64,000 nucleotides of DNA from assembly GCF_964194155.1 (NCBI RefSeq), contig NC_135895.1, positions 43,400,001 through 43,464,000 of the forward strand. The letters run 5' to 3'. A model generated the notes under the pieces. That model was not told the origin of the DNA, did not search any database, and saw only the letters and a program-made list of their open reading frames with translations. The position numbers and the translations under genes are program-made. Source of the DNA: Cetorhinus maximus (Eukaryota). This document shows positions 24,890 to 36,093 of the stretch, one piece after another (positions within the stretch are counted from its first letter, which is position 1; every line of letters starts with the position of its first letter).

Positions 24890-26915
24890 GTTAGGAACAT
24901 AGACCTTGGGAGCAGGAGTAGGCTATTTGAGCCTGCTCCACCATTCAATAAGATCATAGCTGTTCTGATTGTGGCCTCAACTCCACTTTCTTGTCGACTC
25001 CCTTGTCTATCAAAAACCCATCCAACTCAGCCTTGAATAATTTCAATTATCCAACCTCCATTGCTTTCTGGGGAAAAGAATTCCACATGCTAATGATCCT
25101 CTGAGAGAAAAAAAAATTACCTCACCTCCATCTTAAAAGGGAGACCTCCTATTTCTCTACAAGAGGAAACATCCTCCTGGTATCCACCCTATCGAGTCCC
25201 CACAGGATCTTACATGTTTCAATAAGATCACCTCTCATTCTTCTAAACTCCAATGGATATAGGCCCAACCTGTTCAACCTTTCTTCATAAGATAAGCCCT
25301 TCATCCCAGGTATGCGTCAAATGAACCTTATCTGAACTGCTTCTAAGGCATTTATATCCATTCTTAAATAAAGAGATCAAAACTTTATACAGTACTCCAG
25401 ATGTGGTTTCAACAACACTTCGTACAACTGTTGCTAAACTTCCCTACTTTTACATTCCATTCCCCTTGAAATAAATGTCAACAATCCCATTTGTCTTCCT
25501 AGTCACTTGCTCTATGTGCATGCTAACTTTTTGTGATTTATGATCCAGTTCAGTCAGATCCCTCTAGTGCAGAGTTCTGCAATCTCTCTCCATTTAAATT
25601 ATATGCTGCTTTTTTATTCTTCCTGCTGAAGTGGACAAGTTCCCACATTATATTCCATCTGCCAATTTTTTGCCGATTCACTTAACCTATCTATATCACT
25701 TTGCAGACCCCTTATTTCCTCTCGCAACTCACTCTCCTACCTATCTTGGTGTCATCAGCAAATGTAGCTACCATACATTCGGTTCTTTCTTCCATATAGA
25801 TTGCTAATAGTTGAGGCCCCAGCACTGATGCCTGTGGTACTCCACTAGTTATAGCTTGCCAACCCAAAAATGACCCATTTATTCCTACTCTCTGCTTCCT
25901 GTTTGCTAACTAATCCTCTATCTATGTTAATATGTTACCCTCTGCACATGAGCTCTTATTTTGTGTAGCAACTTCTGATGTGGCACCTTATCAAATGCCT
26001 TTTGGAAACCCAAGTACACCACATCTACAGGTTCCCCTTTATCCATGTTACTTATTCTTCCTCAGAGAACTCTAATAAATTAGTTGAACACAATTTCCCT
26101 TTCACAAAACCATGTTGACTCTGCCTGATCCCATTATGATTTTCTAAGTATCCTGCTATAACCTCATTAAAGAATGGATTCTAGCAATTTTCTTATGACA
26201 GGTAGTGCTGGAAAAGCTCAGCAGGTCAGGCAGCATCTGTGGAGAGAGAAACAGAGTTAACATTTTGAGTCCAGCATGACTTATTTGGAACTGAAGAGAG
26301 CTAGAAATATGATGGATTTTATCCATTGAAAAAGGGGGAGGGAGTCAGGTGGAACAAAAGGAATGGTCATTTCTACCTCTCTTTCGTTCTGAAGAATAGT
26401 CATATTGGACTCGAAACATTAACTCTGTTTCTCCCATCACAGATGCTGCTAGACCTGAGTTTTTCCAACACTTTCTGTTTTAATTTCAGATCCCCAGCAT
26501 CTACAGTATTTTGCTTTTATCCCTATGACAGATGTTAGGCTGGATTATAGTTTCTTAAACTATCTTGAATAAAGGTGTTACATTTGCTATTTTCCAATCT
26601 ACTGGGACCCTTCCAGATCTAAAGAATTTTGGAGGATTATAATCAATGCCTCTACTACCTCTGTAGCCACTTCTTTTAAGACCCTAAGATGCAGTCCATC
26701 AGATCCTGGGGACTTGTCAGCCTTTAGATCTAATAGTTTTCCCAGTACCTTTTCCCTGATGATGGTGCTTGTTTTAAGACCCTCTCTCCCTTTCACCTCT
26801 TGATTTTCAAGTATCTTTGGGAAGTTTTCCAAGTCTTCTACAGTGAAGACAGACACAAAATACCTGTTAAGTGCTTCCACTATTTCCTTGTTTTCCATTA
26901 TTAATTCCCCAGCCT
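24890..26915 (-). mobile_element. CR1 LINE fragment, interrupted by a Penelope-like insert
   Basis: ORF remnant ALNRYFVSVFT..LKADKSPGSDGLHLRVLKE; RT and 3' UTR motifs run towards 24890. Confidence 0.8.
26203..26520. mobile_element. Penelope-like foldback insertion
   Basis: Inverted pair of the gctggaaaa.ctcagcaggtc..gcagcatctgtggagag repeat. TATGACAG is duplicated on the flanks. Hammerhead-like core at 26389-26424. Confidence 0.7.
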
Positions 26916-26929
26916 CACTGTGTTGGCTC

Positions 26930-27840
26930 TCCCAGGAGGTTACAATGCTTTGGGGTAGCAGGAGAAAGCGTTTTGATCATGATCAATCTTCATGGTGTGG
27001 TGCAGAATTGGTGGACCAGCTGGTCTTTTCCTGCCTGTAGTTGTAATTGAGGAGAACAAACCTGGACACAGTGTCCCAAGTGAAGTTTGACCAATTCTTG
27101 TACAAGGACAAAATGGTATGCTGTGTTTTAGAATCAATGTCCTATGAATGCATCCCAATACCCCATTTCTTTTAGCTATTGCTTCACAGAATTGTTCATG
27201 TGCCTTGAGAGATCTAGGCTTTGGAACACCCAGATCTCTCTCTTTCTCCACATTTAGTGCTTTTCACTGAAGGGTATATGAATGTTGAACATTCACCCTT
27301 CCCTCGTCCATAATACAGTATTTATCCGATTTAAACATCATTATTCATAACCCAATCTCCCAACACATTAGGATCTACCTGAAGCAGCTGTGCATTGGGT
27401 ACAGTCCTAAAACACACACTTTGTATCATCTACAAATTTGTTGATCTTGCTCCCAACACCTACATCCAGATCATTAATAAAAATAGTAAAGAGCAATGGT
27501 GCTAACATTGATCACTGGGTAATGCCATGATGAGCGGTCTCCAAACAGATCTAAATCCATTTATAAATACTTTTTGCCCACATCTGCCAGCCAGATCTCT
27601 ATTCAGCTTAACATTTTACTACTAATCCCAGAGACTTTAATCTTATAAATAAGTCTCCTGCATGGTACTTTATGCTTTTTGAAAGTCTTAAGTAGACAAT
27701 GTCTACTCGGCTTCCCGTCTTAGTAAGTTCTTAATAAAAATACATTTATATTTGTAAAACATGACCACCTTTAATGAAGTCATGTTGGGTGTCCTCAATT
27801 ATGTTCCTCACCACTCCATCCAAATAATCATGTAATGCAT
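26930..27840 (-). mobile_element. Old CR1-like LINE remnant
   Basis: ORF remnant EKERDLGV..SLKAHEQ..AIAKRNGVLGCIHR plus degraded RT motifs. Confidence 0.6.
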
Positions 27841-27847
27841 TATTTAA

Positions 27848-28217
27848 GGGAGATGGTGGCATAGTTGTAATGTTACTAGACTAGTAATCCAGAAGTCCAG
27901 ACTAGAATCTGGGGACATTGGTTCAAATCCCACTATTGCAGGTGGTGGAATTTAACTTATAAATCTGGAATATAAATGGTAACTCTTGACAACTATTGTT
28001 GTAAGACCCCATCTGGTTCATTAATGACCGTTAGGAAAGGAAATTGCCATCCTTACCTGGGGCTGGCCTACATGTGACTCCAGGCCCATTGCATTGTGGT
28101 TGACTCTTAACCGTCCTCTGAAATGGCCTAGCAAGCCACTCAGTTCAAGGGCAATTAGATATAGCCAACAAATGCTGGCCTTGCCGGTAACGCCCACATC
28201 CCATGAAAGAATAAAAA
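27848..28217 (+). mobile_element. tRNA-derived SINE with LINE-derived 3' tail
   Basis: A-box-like GGTGGCATAGTTG and B-box GGTTCAAATCC. The 3' tail caagggcaattag..aaatgctggccttgcc..gcccacatcccatgaa matches the LINE 3' ends at 23095 and 58170-58235. Confidence 0.75.
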
Positions 28218-28274
28218 CAAATGATGTCTTCAAGCATCTTTCCCATTACTGATGTCACAGTACTAGATTGATAC

Positions 28275-28600
28275 TTCAGTGCAGCACTAAGGGAATGCTG
28301 TACTGTTGGAGGTGCTGTCTTTAAAATGAAACGTTGAAAAGAAGGCCTTGGCTGCCCTCACAGGTCCCATGGCACTATGCAAGGATGAACAGAGAAATTC
28401 TCCTGCTGTCCTAACCAACTTCTATGCCTCAACCACACCTGAAACTGATTATCTGGCCATTTAAATCATTTCTGTTTATGGAGCCGTGTACAAATTGATA
28501 CTGTGTTTCCTTACATTACAGCAATACTTTATTGGTTGCGAGCACTTCAAAGCACCATGAGGGCATAAAAAGCACCATATAATTGCAATTTCTTTCTTCC
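28275..28600 (+). mobile_element. Deu-domain SINE
   Basis: cagtgcagcactaagggaatgctgtactgttggaggtgctgtcttt..cccatggcactat core. Confidence 0.65.
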
Positions 28601-30350
28601 TATCAAAGTAATTCACTCATTGGTCAAAACGTGAGTGGACTGCATTAGGTGCCCATGAATATGAAAAAAAAACTAAATATCATCAATGGAAAAAACAGGA
28701 TAGTTCTTCCAAAAATGCTTGTAAAAAATTGAAACACTTTAATGATTAATATGTCGACTTGAATATGTGAGAATGGACAAATTAGTGGACAAACTAATCT
28801 TTCAAGGAAGGGCAATTAATTGAGTCACTATCTACCCATATATGAATCTTGGACCTGGAATGTACAAACTGGATAAGATCCAGGACTTGATTATTTACTG
28901 CTACAACTTGTGACATCTTCCTGACTGCCATGAGGAAGTAGGCTGAAAATCTTCTGAAGATCAGTGAAAGCAATGTAAATTAATGTTCCCTGAGCAAGAA
29001 GATGTGCAATATCTTAAGCTACAATCTTCCCTTTGCAACCTTGCCTGTTTGTTTCCGATTACTCTGGGGGGCGGAGGGGGGGAGGGTATCCAAAGCATGT
29101 GATATGTTTACTACAACAAAACTATGTGCCACTGATAATCAAGACTTGATAGGCTGGAACTATCTATTTTTGACACATTTAAGTTTTTTTTAAATATACT
29201 TTTATAATTATACCATGACTCCTTCTAGATCCATCTTTCAGGCAGAGTCTCCATGGTCTTCTTCCTGAGGATTGTTAAAATTAGACCCATCTGCTGTACT
29301 CCCTGGTACTTCCCCACAACCTCCTCCTTCACACCTCACTCCACTCATGCAGTTGCTTTGTATCCACCTGTACCATTGCCTTACTGAGATACCCCCAAAA
29401 GCCTTGTGCTTGGCTTGAAGTTACTTAAGCTCTTAACAATTTTACCATGATAAGCACTTACTCAACATCAGTCTTTGCATGGGTTGGGGGGGGCGGTGGT
29501 GCAATCCTGAAAGGATTCCTCCATCCCCTTATATAAAATGCATACAGAATATAGTAAAGAATAATGACACTTTCAACAGCTTGCTGCTGGGGAAGCACAT
29601 TTGTAGAGCTGAGGGAGATAGGTGGGGGGCGAAATATGAAAGCTTAAAAGCTTGGATTCTTCTTTATTCGTTTTATATGTGCCCTTGTCACCCATGTCTT
29701 TGTCTCTTCCTGCTACGATCTCTTGTCACTCCCACCAAGGCCACCCCTAATGCTGGGGAAATTCTTTTCATTATATTCTCAGCTGTAACCAACCAGCTTT
29801 AAGCTATAAGTATTTCTTGCACTTTTATTACAAGATCACAAGGTACTTAGGGGTGAGCAAGGTCATGTAACCCATCTTCATCCATCCATTGCTGCAACTA
29901 ATTGTTATTCCAACAAATTATTCCAAAGTTTTGCCCTCTTCTACACTACCTATTCACCCATTCCAAGCATTGATCAGTGTGATATCTTGTTAATAGAACT
30001 GCCCTATTATTTTGAATTTGTCACCTTGTCCTACCCTGTTTAATTTGTATTCCAGATTTACCTCTAACATTCCCATTCCAGTCATTTCCAACCACAACCT
30101 CTTCCTGAGACTGTAATAATCCCTCCCTATTGCTCCTTCATCCTGCATCAATGCACCCTACTCCCATTTCTGCAGCATCCAAGTCCCACTTCCAATACAC
30201 CATTCTTAAATCTCAAATCCTACCATCACTACACCAAGATCAAAGGGCCTATTCTTCAATATTCTCACCCAACACTTCTCCACACCCCTACAGTCCCAAA
30301 TCATATCATTCCCCCACCCACATAGTTGAAGCCCAGAACACCAGCTAGAG

Positions 30351-30801
30351 CAGGGCTTCCCAAAGCCCAACTGTGGTTCTGAGGTGAGATTTTGAGGTTA
30401 TGAGCTCCAAGACAGCAAGGCTACCATGGAGTTCGGATTGATTTCTGACAGGAGCGGGGCTCCTTTAAATGCTTGCATGTGTTTTGTTTTGTTGGTGGGC
30501 GCGGCCTAATGACTCCCCTCTGAGGCCCGATTGCTGCTGCAAAAACAGCTTGTGAATAGGTAGGTGTTTTTTGGAGAAACCCTGCCTTTTCATCAAATCA
30601 ACACCTGTTGCCTGACCCCTCACCCCTCCTTCTCCCTGGTCAAGAACTAAAGACCCCCTGCTCAGCAATAGAAGCCTCCCTCTCCCACAACCACAGCCCC
30701 TGTTCAACAACTTTTGTAGCACCCAAATTTTCACTCTGGGGTCAAATGAAGTCTGAGGCGTTAAAATGGGGTCAAATCGGGAAAAGGTTTGGGAAGCACT
30801 G
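30351..30801. mobile_element. Non-autonomous hAT (Charlie-like) element
   Basis: TIRs CAGGGCTTCCCAAA and TTTGGGAAGCACTG (13/14 match). Perfect 8-bp TSD AGCTAGAG at 30343-30350 and 30802-30809. Confidence 0.88.
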
Positions 30802-31129
30802 AGCTAGAGGACTACCATAGATTCTGGACATTTGGTAAAAATTTAAAATATAAAATTAAATTAATCATCTAATAATCATTAAAAGAGATTTTCAGACTCT
30901 TAAAAATGTGGATATAATCACAATTTCCACATAAAAGTAGTGATAAAACTTACATATTTTGTAATAAAAATTTAAATTTACTTATTCTATCATGATAAAT
31001 CAAAGGGTTTGATTTTTATGTTATAAAACATTTTACTGACACACTCTCAGAAACACCAAGGGAATCTGCTTGTGGATAAACATCTTTAGCCATACTCTGC
31101 TCTAGATTCCTCATGCATCTTTAATGTCC

Positions 31130-31637
31130 CAAGACACATCACAAAGACCTATTTGGATAAAAATTGACACCGAGCCAAAGAAGGAGATATTAGGAAGGGG
31201 ACAAAATGCTTGGTAAATGGGACAGGTTTTAAGGATGAGGTGGAGAAGCAAACAGTTTTAGAGAGAGAATTGCAAAACATCAGTCCAAGTAGCTGAAGGT
31301 AGAGTGGCCAATATGAGATGCACGAGAAAGCAGAGCTGTGCTGTTGGAATACAGAGAACTCAGAGGGTTTTAGGGTTGGAGGAGGTAATGAACAGTGAGG
31401 ACCGAGGTCATGAAGGGATTTAAGCACAAGGATGAAAATATTAAAATTTGATGTGGAGCTGGAAGTCAATGTTGGCTAGCGAGCAATAGTGTGATGGGTG
31501 AGCAGGATTTGGTGCAAGCAGCAGAGTTTTGGATAAGCTGAAGCTTATGGAGGGTGGACGATAAAACACTAACCAGGAGAGCATTGGAATAGCCGAATCT
31601 GGGGCTGACGCAAAGTCATAGATGAAGGTTTCACTAG
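31130..31637 (-). mobile_element. L2 LINE, 3' part (continues at 38628)
   Basis: L2 3' motifs. The junction ggtttcactag-TA-gattgttgctggctggggcag rejoins when 31640-38625 is removed. Confidence 0.7.
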
Positions 31638-31756
31638 TACAGTAAGTCCTTACTTTAAGTTGGCCCGCTTTAAGTCATTTGGATTATAAATATTTAAGAG
31701 CCGGTATTCCCGATTTAAGTGTCAGGAAACAAAAGGGGTTGGGGGTGGGGAAGAGG

Positions 31757-31980
31757 TCAGGAAGGCCCATGAAGCGGGAGGCAGCGACATGGCCCGCAGA
31801 GCAGCTGGCAGGAGGCCGTGAGAACGGCCCAATAGAGCTGGCAGGAGCTGCGAGGATGGCCCACAGAGCAGGCAGGAGGCTGCGAGGATGGCCCACAGAG
31901 CGGACAGGAAGCTGTGAGGATGGCCCACAGAGCGGACAGGAAGCTGTGAGGATGGCCCACAGAGCAGGCAGGAGGCAGAG
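31757..31980. repeat. 32-bp minisatellite, ~7 units
   Basis: GGATGGCCCACAGAGCRGRCAGGARGCTGYGA at 31854, 31886, 31918 and 31950, with degenerate units upstream. Confidence 0.85.
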
Positions 31981-33292
31981 AGATGTGGAGATCAGGAAGG
32001 TCATGTCCACTACTCCCTGATTGGCCAGCTTTAATTGGAATTGATTGCTGATTGACTAGGGTGATTGTCAATCAGTAATGAGTACCACCCCCCTACCCCG
32101 CCCCCTCCACTTCTGCATGCAGGGTGGAGATCATCTGGAAGCCAGAAAAATCATCTTTTTGAATTTACACTGATTGAGAGGGATTGGGGCAAGAGAAATA
32201 TAGAGAGTCAAGAAGAAAAGAATTAAGAATTTTAAAGTCTACTGGAGATATTTCTGAGCCTATGGAGTTGTTTTAACATCGCTCCTTTAACGGACTCACG
32301 TATCAGTTTTGCTCTATTTTTTGCTTGACACCCCTTCTTTCACAGCAAGATGTACTATCGCTCTATATTTTTTCGCTGAATTCTTCAATACCTAACAAAC
32401 TAGAATATAACACCTCTTTGTTACAGGAGAAACATCTATCACCAGCCAAAGGTGTACCTGATCCGCTGGATCCCAGGGACGGAGATCCAGACGAGGAATT
32501 CTACAAGGCTCAAATCTTCATGTTGTCAGGTAGAATTAGCTTTTCATTAAGGGCCAAGATTGTGATCAATTGTCTTTTTGAAACCAAGTTTGTTATTTGC
32601 CAGATAATGTAAGATATGCCCTGAATGACTAGACAGGTAAATCTAAAACGCGTGGTGCGCAACGTTGTAAAATGTAGCATTGTTCTTTCTCCATAGAGTT
32701 CCATAAAGAGATCAGGTGTAAGGTGCAGAGTAGCTCGAGGCTCATGGTGCCCAATATTGTGGACACCACTGTCGTTGACAGCAGTAGCAAAGATACACTC
32801 CTGGCAACCCTGGCAAGCACCAAGAGGGCACTCAAGGATGCGCGGGCAGACAGGGTAATTCTCGTTGATTTCCATTGTAGATAGCTTAAGATCTCAAATC
32901 AATGCTAGATGATTGCGATTTCAAATTTTCTAATATCTCCTCTCTGGCAGAAAGCGAAGTTTGTCCAAATAAGGGAGGCCCAAGAGAAACAGCTCAATCT
33001 GATAAAGGGAGAGAGAATCGCTGCAATGGGACATTTGTATAAGGATAATAAATCCAAGAAGAAGCAGCTGGAGGTGAAAACTTCCCAGAGCAGACTGTGC
33101 CTGGCCCATTAGCCTGCGCCTTCCCAGTCCCAAGAGGTGAAAATACCCAGGAGGCTCAAAGAAGAGAGAGCAGCCTTCCAGCAGAAGGTGGAGAATCTGG
33201 ACTGAAAGGTGGAGAATATGGAGGCTATGAACCTCAAGTTACAGGAGGAAATTGTTGAATTGTCAAAAATAGGTGAGATACTTTCAATTTAA

Positions 33293-34403
33293 TGTTACCA
33301 GGGTGAGAAGTTTCCACCAAATGGCAGATTTCCGATATTGGACTTTTGGAAATCCGCCATTGGCATCTTCCTTTCCAACCTCCGGACCCAAAAGACCAAC
33401 ATATAAAGAAAATCAGAACTGTCAGTTTGACTGACAGTTGCTGCAAGTAGGAACTGCTGCTACTGACCTTCAGGAACTTCCTGGTTTTTCAGCAGGCTTT
33501 TAAAAAAACTCGGAACTGCCAGCCAACCATAAAGCTGCCCAAGCATCTTTCCCGCTCTCAGCAACTGTTTTTTTTAAACCATTAACTGTCAGTTAAACTG
33601 ACAGTTGCTGAGAGTGGGAACTGACAGTAGAGCAGTGATTTCCTTTCTTCTGATCTTGCTGTTCCTCCAGAAACAGAATCTGTGATTGGAGGAGCAGCAA
33701 GGGCAGGAAAGAGGGAACCTGTGATTGGAGAACTTGAAGCCGTTACTCTGACCAGTCCCACTGGCCACTGTGCAGGATACTTTCAGCTGCACTAAATGAT
33801 TTGTGATAACATCTTCTGTGAGGCCAAGGAGAAGAAGTAGAAAATTAAAGAACAGAAGGGAGTCCCTGGTGGTAACAAGGCCAGAGCATGCCCAGAAAAG
33901 CTATAACTAAGGCATACGTCAGACTGGATCCAGCTGTCATCTGCATCCACGACACGAACCACTTCCAGAGAACTGGAAGAGACTAATTTGGTCCTCTTCG
34001 CTTCTAATGATACTGAGTTATCTTGAGCGAGGTGAGTGCTCTATCAGTGTGTGGGGCAATCACAGCTCCTTACAGGGTCGGCCATGCAGATTCCGGAGTT
34101 GGAGCTGCGATTAGTGATGTGAGGGAGGAAGGGAGAAGGATTTGTTCCCAACTCTGCTCCATAAACAACTCTGTCTTTGAATAAAGTAAGAAGCAACTAA
34201 TAATCTAAATACTTTTCCCAAGTAAGCTAAGGTAGGGCCCCATCTGATTGCCTTCCCAAAGCACATCCTGCTTTCATTTTACCATGGAACTGATTGCTTG
34301 TGGCTGTAGAGTAGACAACGGCCACGATAATAACTGTGAGGTGGGGAGCGAGATTTAGTGTCTAAGAAGTATGGGTTTCCTGGAGCTTCTACAGAATTTA
34401 ACA
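33293..34403 (+). mobile_element. LTR-like element inside an intron of the BEN pseudogene
   Basis: TGTTA...TAACA ends, twin ctgtgattggag (CCAAT) boxes and AATAAA at ~34180. No TSD found, so boundaries are uncertain. Confidence 0.4.
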
Positions 34404-35044
34404 GCAGAGCCTGATTTAAATGTTTTTATCGGTTTCCTGGCTGCAGCCAGTTAGATTGAATGGCTGGCTGTCTGACAGGCAGGTAGGCAGCTGGGGAACA
34501 GGGTGGAGGTGAGCTAAACATCAGTGGAAGGGGTGTGGGAATTGGACATTTGAAACCTGGGGTGAGTTGGACATCAGATATTAAGGAGTGGGGGATGTAA
34601 GAAATTGGGAGGTAGGGGATTTGGACAACAGACATTGGGAGGGAGAAGGGGCACAGTCGACTTGGACTTCAGATGTTGGTGATAGGCAGGTTAGACATTA
34701 GACACGGGGTGGGAGTGCTACACGACCGATTCGTGCAAAATTAGGTTGAGGACAGCATATACTTGACTGTGTTGGCCCTTGTGACTAAGTAACCAGCTGC
34801 CACTTGTTGTCTAAGCTTACGTGTAAAGAATGTCCATTTGGACCAAAAACTAGAGGGTTGCTGGTGGCATGGAACAATGCCACACATGAGTCAGTGTCTT
34901 TAGAAGAAAATTAAAGGAGGTTTCATAATGGTAGAAACACTCAGCGCAATAGTTTATTTTTATTTTTCAAAATCTGAATATAATTTCAAGCAAATTTTTT
35001 TATTTTGAAGTTTACCTCTTGTTTTAACACTTTAACAGTCCCTA

Positions 35045-36093
35045 TGTTACATAAGATGTAAATAGTAAAATATGGTAGGCCGAACTTGTAAGCCACTTAA
35101 AGTTGTGTCAAATTTCATTGTCACAAACTCATCACATTATGGTTATCAGTAGCTTTAATGTAACTTTTTCTGGACAATTAAAATGATGCTTGCTTTTAAA
35201 TATTTTCTTAAATGTTTGGGATGAGGGGCATGTGTGAGTGTGTGGTGGAGGGGTGGAGAGGGGCTGATTACAATGTGTGTTTGGAGGGTTGGAGAGGAGA
35301 GTGGCTTCAGTGAGTTGTCTGGCACCAGGGAATATGGAGAGCTTGACTGAAAAAAGAATCTAGGTTTGAAATGCGAAATACTTAAACTTGGCTGAAGTTT
35401 TAGAATGTGAGGTGTAAGGAAAATTTGCATTTTTAGATAAATTAGGTTAGTTTGAATTTCAAAGAGATGATAAGATGTTACACCCAGCCAGAAGAAGCTA
35501 CGCCAAACAGTGTGTTTATTTTTCCCAAAGGTTACTGATAAAATTAGTACTATGAAAGATTTATATTATGAGAAAAGTAAAGTTGCAAAAACATATGGGA
35601 ACAATGGAATTTACACTAAAAGGGGGAAACATGTATAAAGGAGATGAGGCTATGTGTCAGAGGAGAGAAGGAATTCTGAGATCTAACAAGTGTGAAAGGC
35701 CTCCAGTCTCTGTGTATCAAGTTGCTGTCCACAGGAACTGAAGCTGAGAAAACTCACTTTAAATTCTCCTATCCAGGGTATTCTGTTGCTTTGCCTGGGT
35801 CTATTTAAATCTATTTGTTTTTACTGTTGCCTTAATGGAGGTGTAACTGGGAGTCAGATTAATTAGCGGTTTTAGGAGTTATTATAGTAGTAATTTGTAG
35901 ACCTATGTATGTGCTTGAAATCTTTTCTTTTGTTAATTAATGTTTAATTTCATTTTCTAAAAACCTCTGAAGCCGTGGTAGTCTTATTACTTCTGAATTC
36001 AGGGCACGAAATAAAATACAAATTACAAAACAGTTGTGACCGCATGATCAAGTTTCCCTCGAGGATTTGATCATCATCTGCCATGTCATAGCA
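35045..36093 (+). mobile_element. Solo-LTR-like element inside an intron of the BEN pseudogene
   Basis: Starts TGTTAC (left boundary uncertain) and ends CCATGTCATAGCA. The 3' part resembles 4021-4533. Confidence 0.5.

Noticed and set aside
27848-27940. tRNA gene (also at 39272 and 60390)
   Set aside because: The A/B boxes belong to SINE heads followed by SINE bodies; no cloverleaf or Pol III terminator.
31679-32071. Overlapping ORFs on both strands
   Set aside because: They coincide with the 32-bp minisatellite and translate to repetitive peptides.
32510-32875. 121-aa Cys-rich minus-strand ORF
   Set aside because: It is the antisense shadow of the plus-strand BEN-gene exon 32697-32854 and its intron; no recognisable domain.
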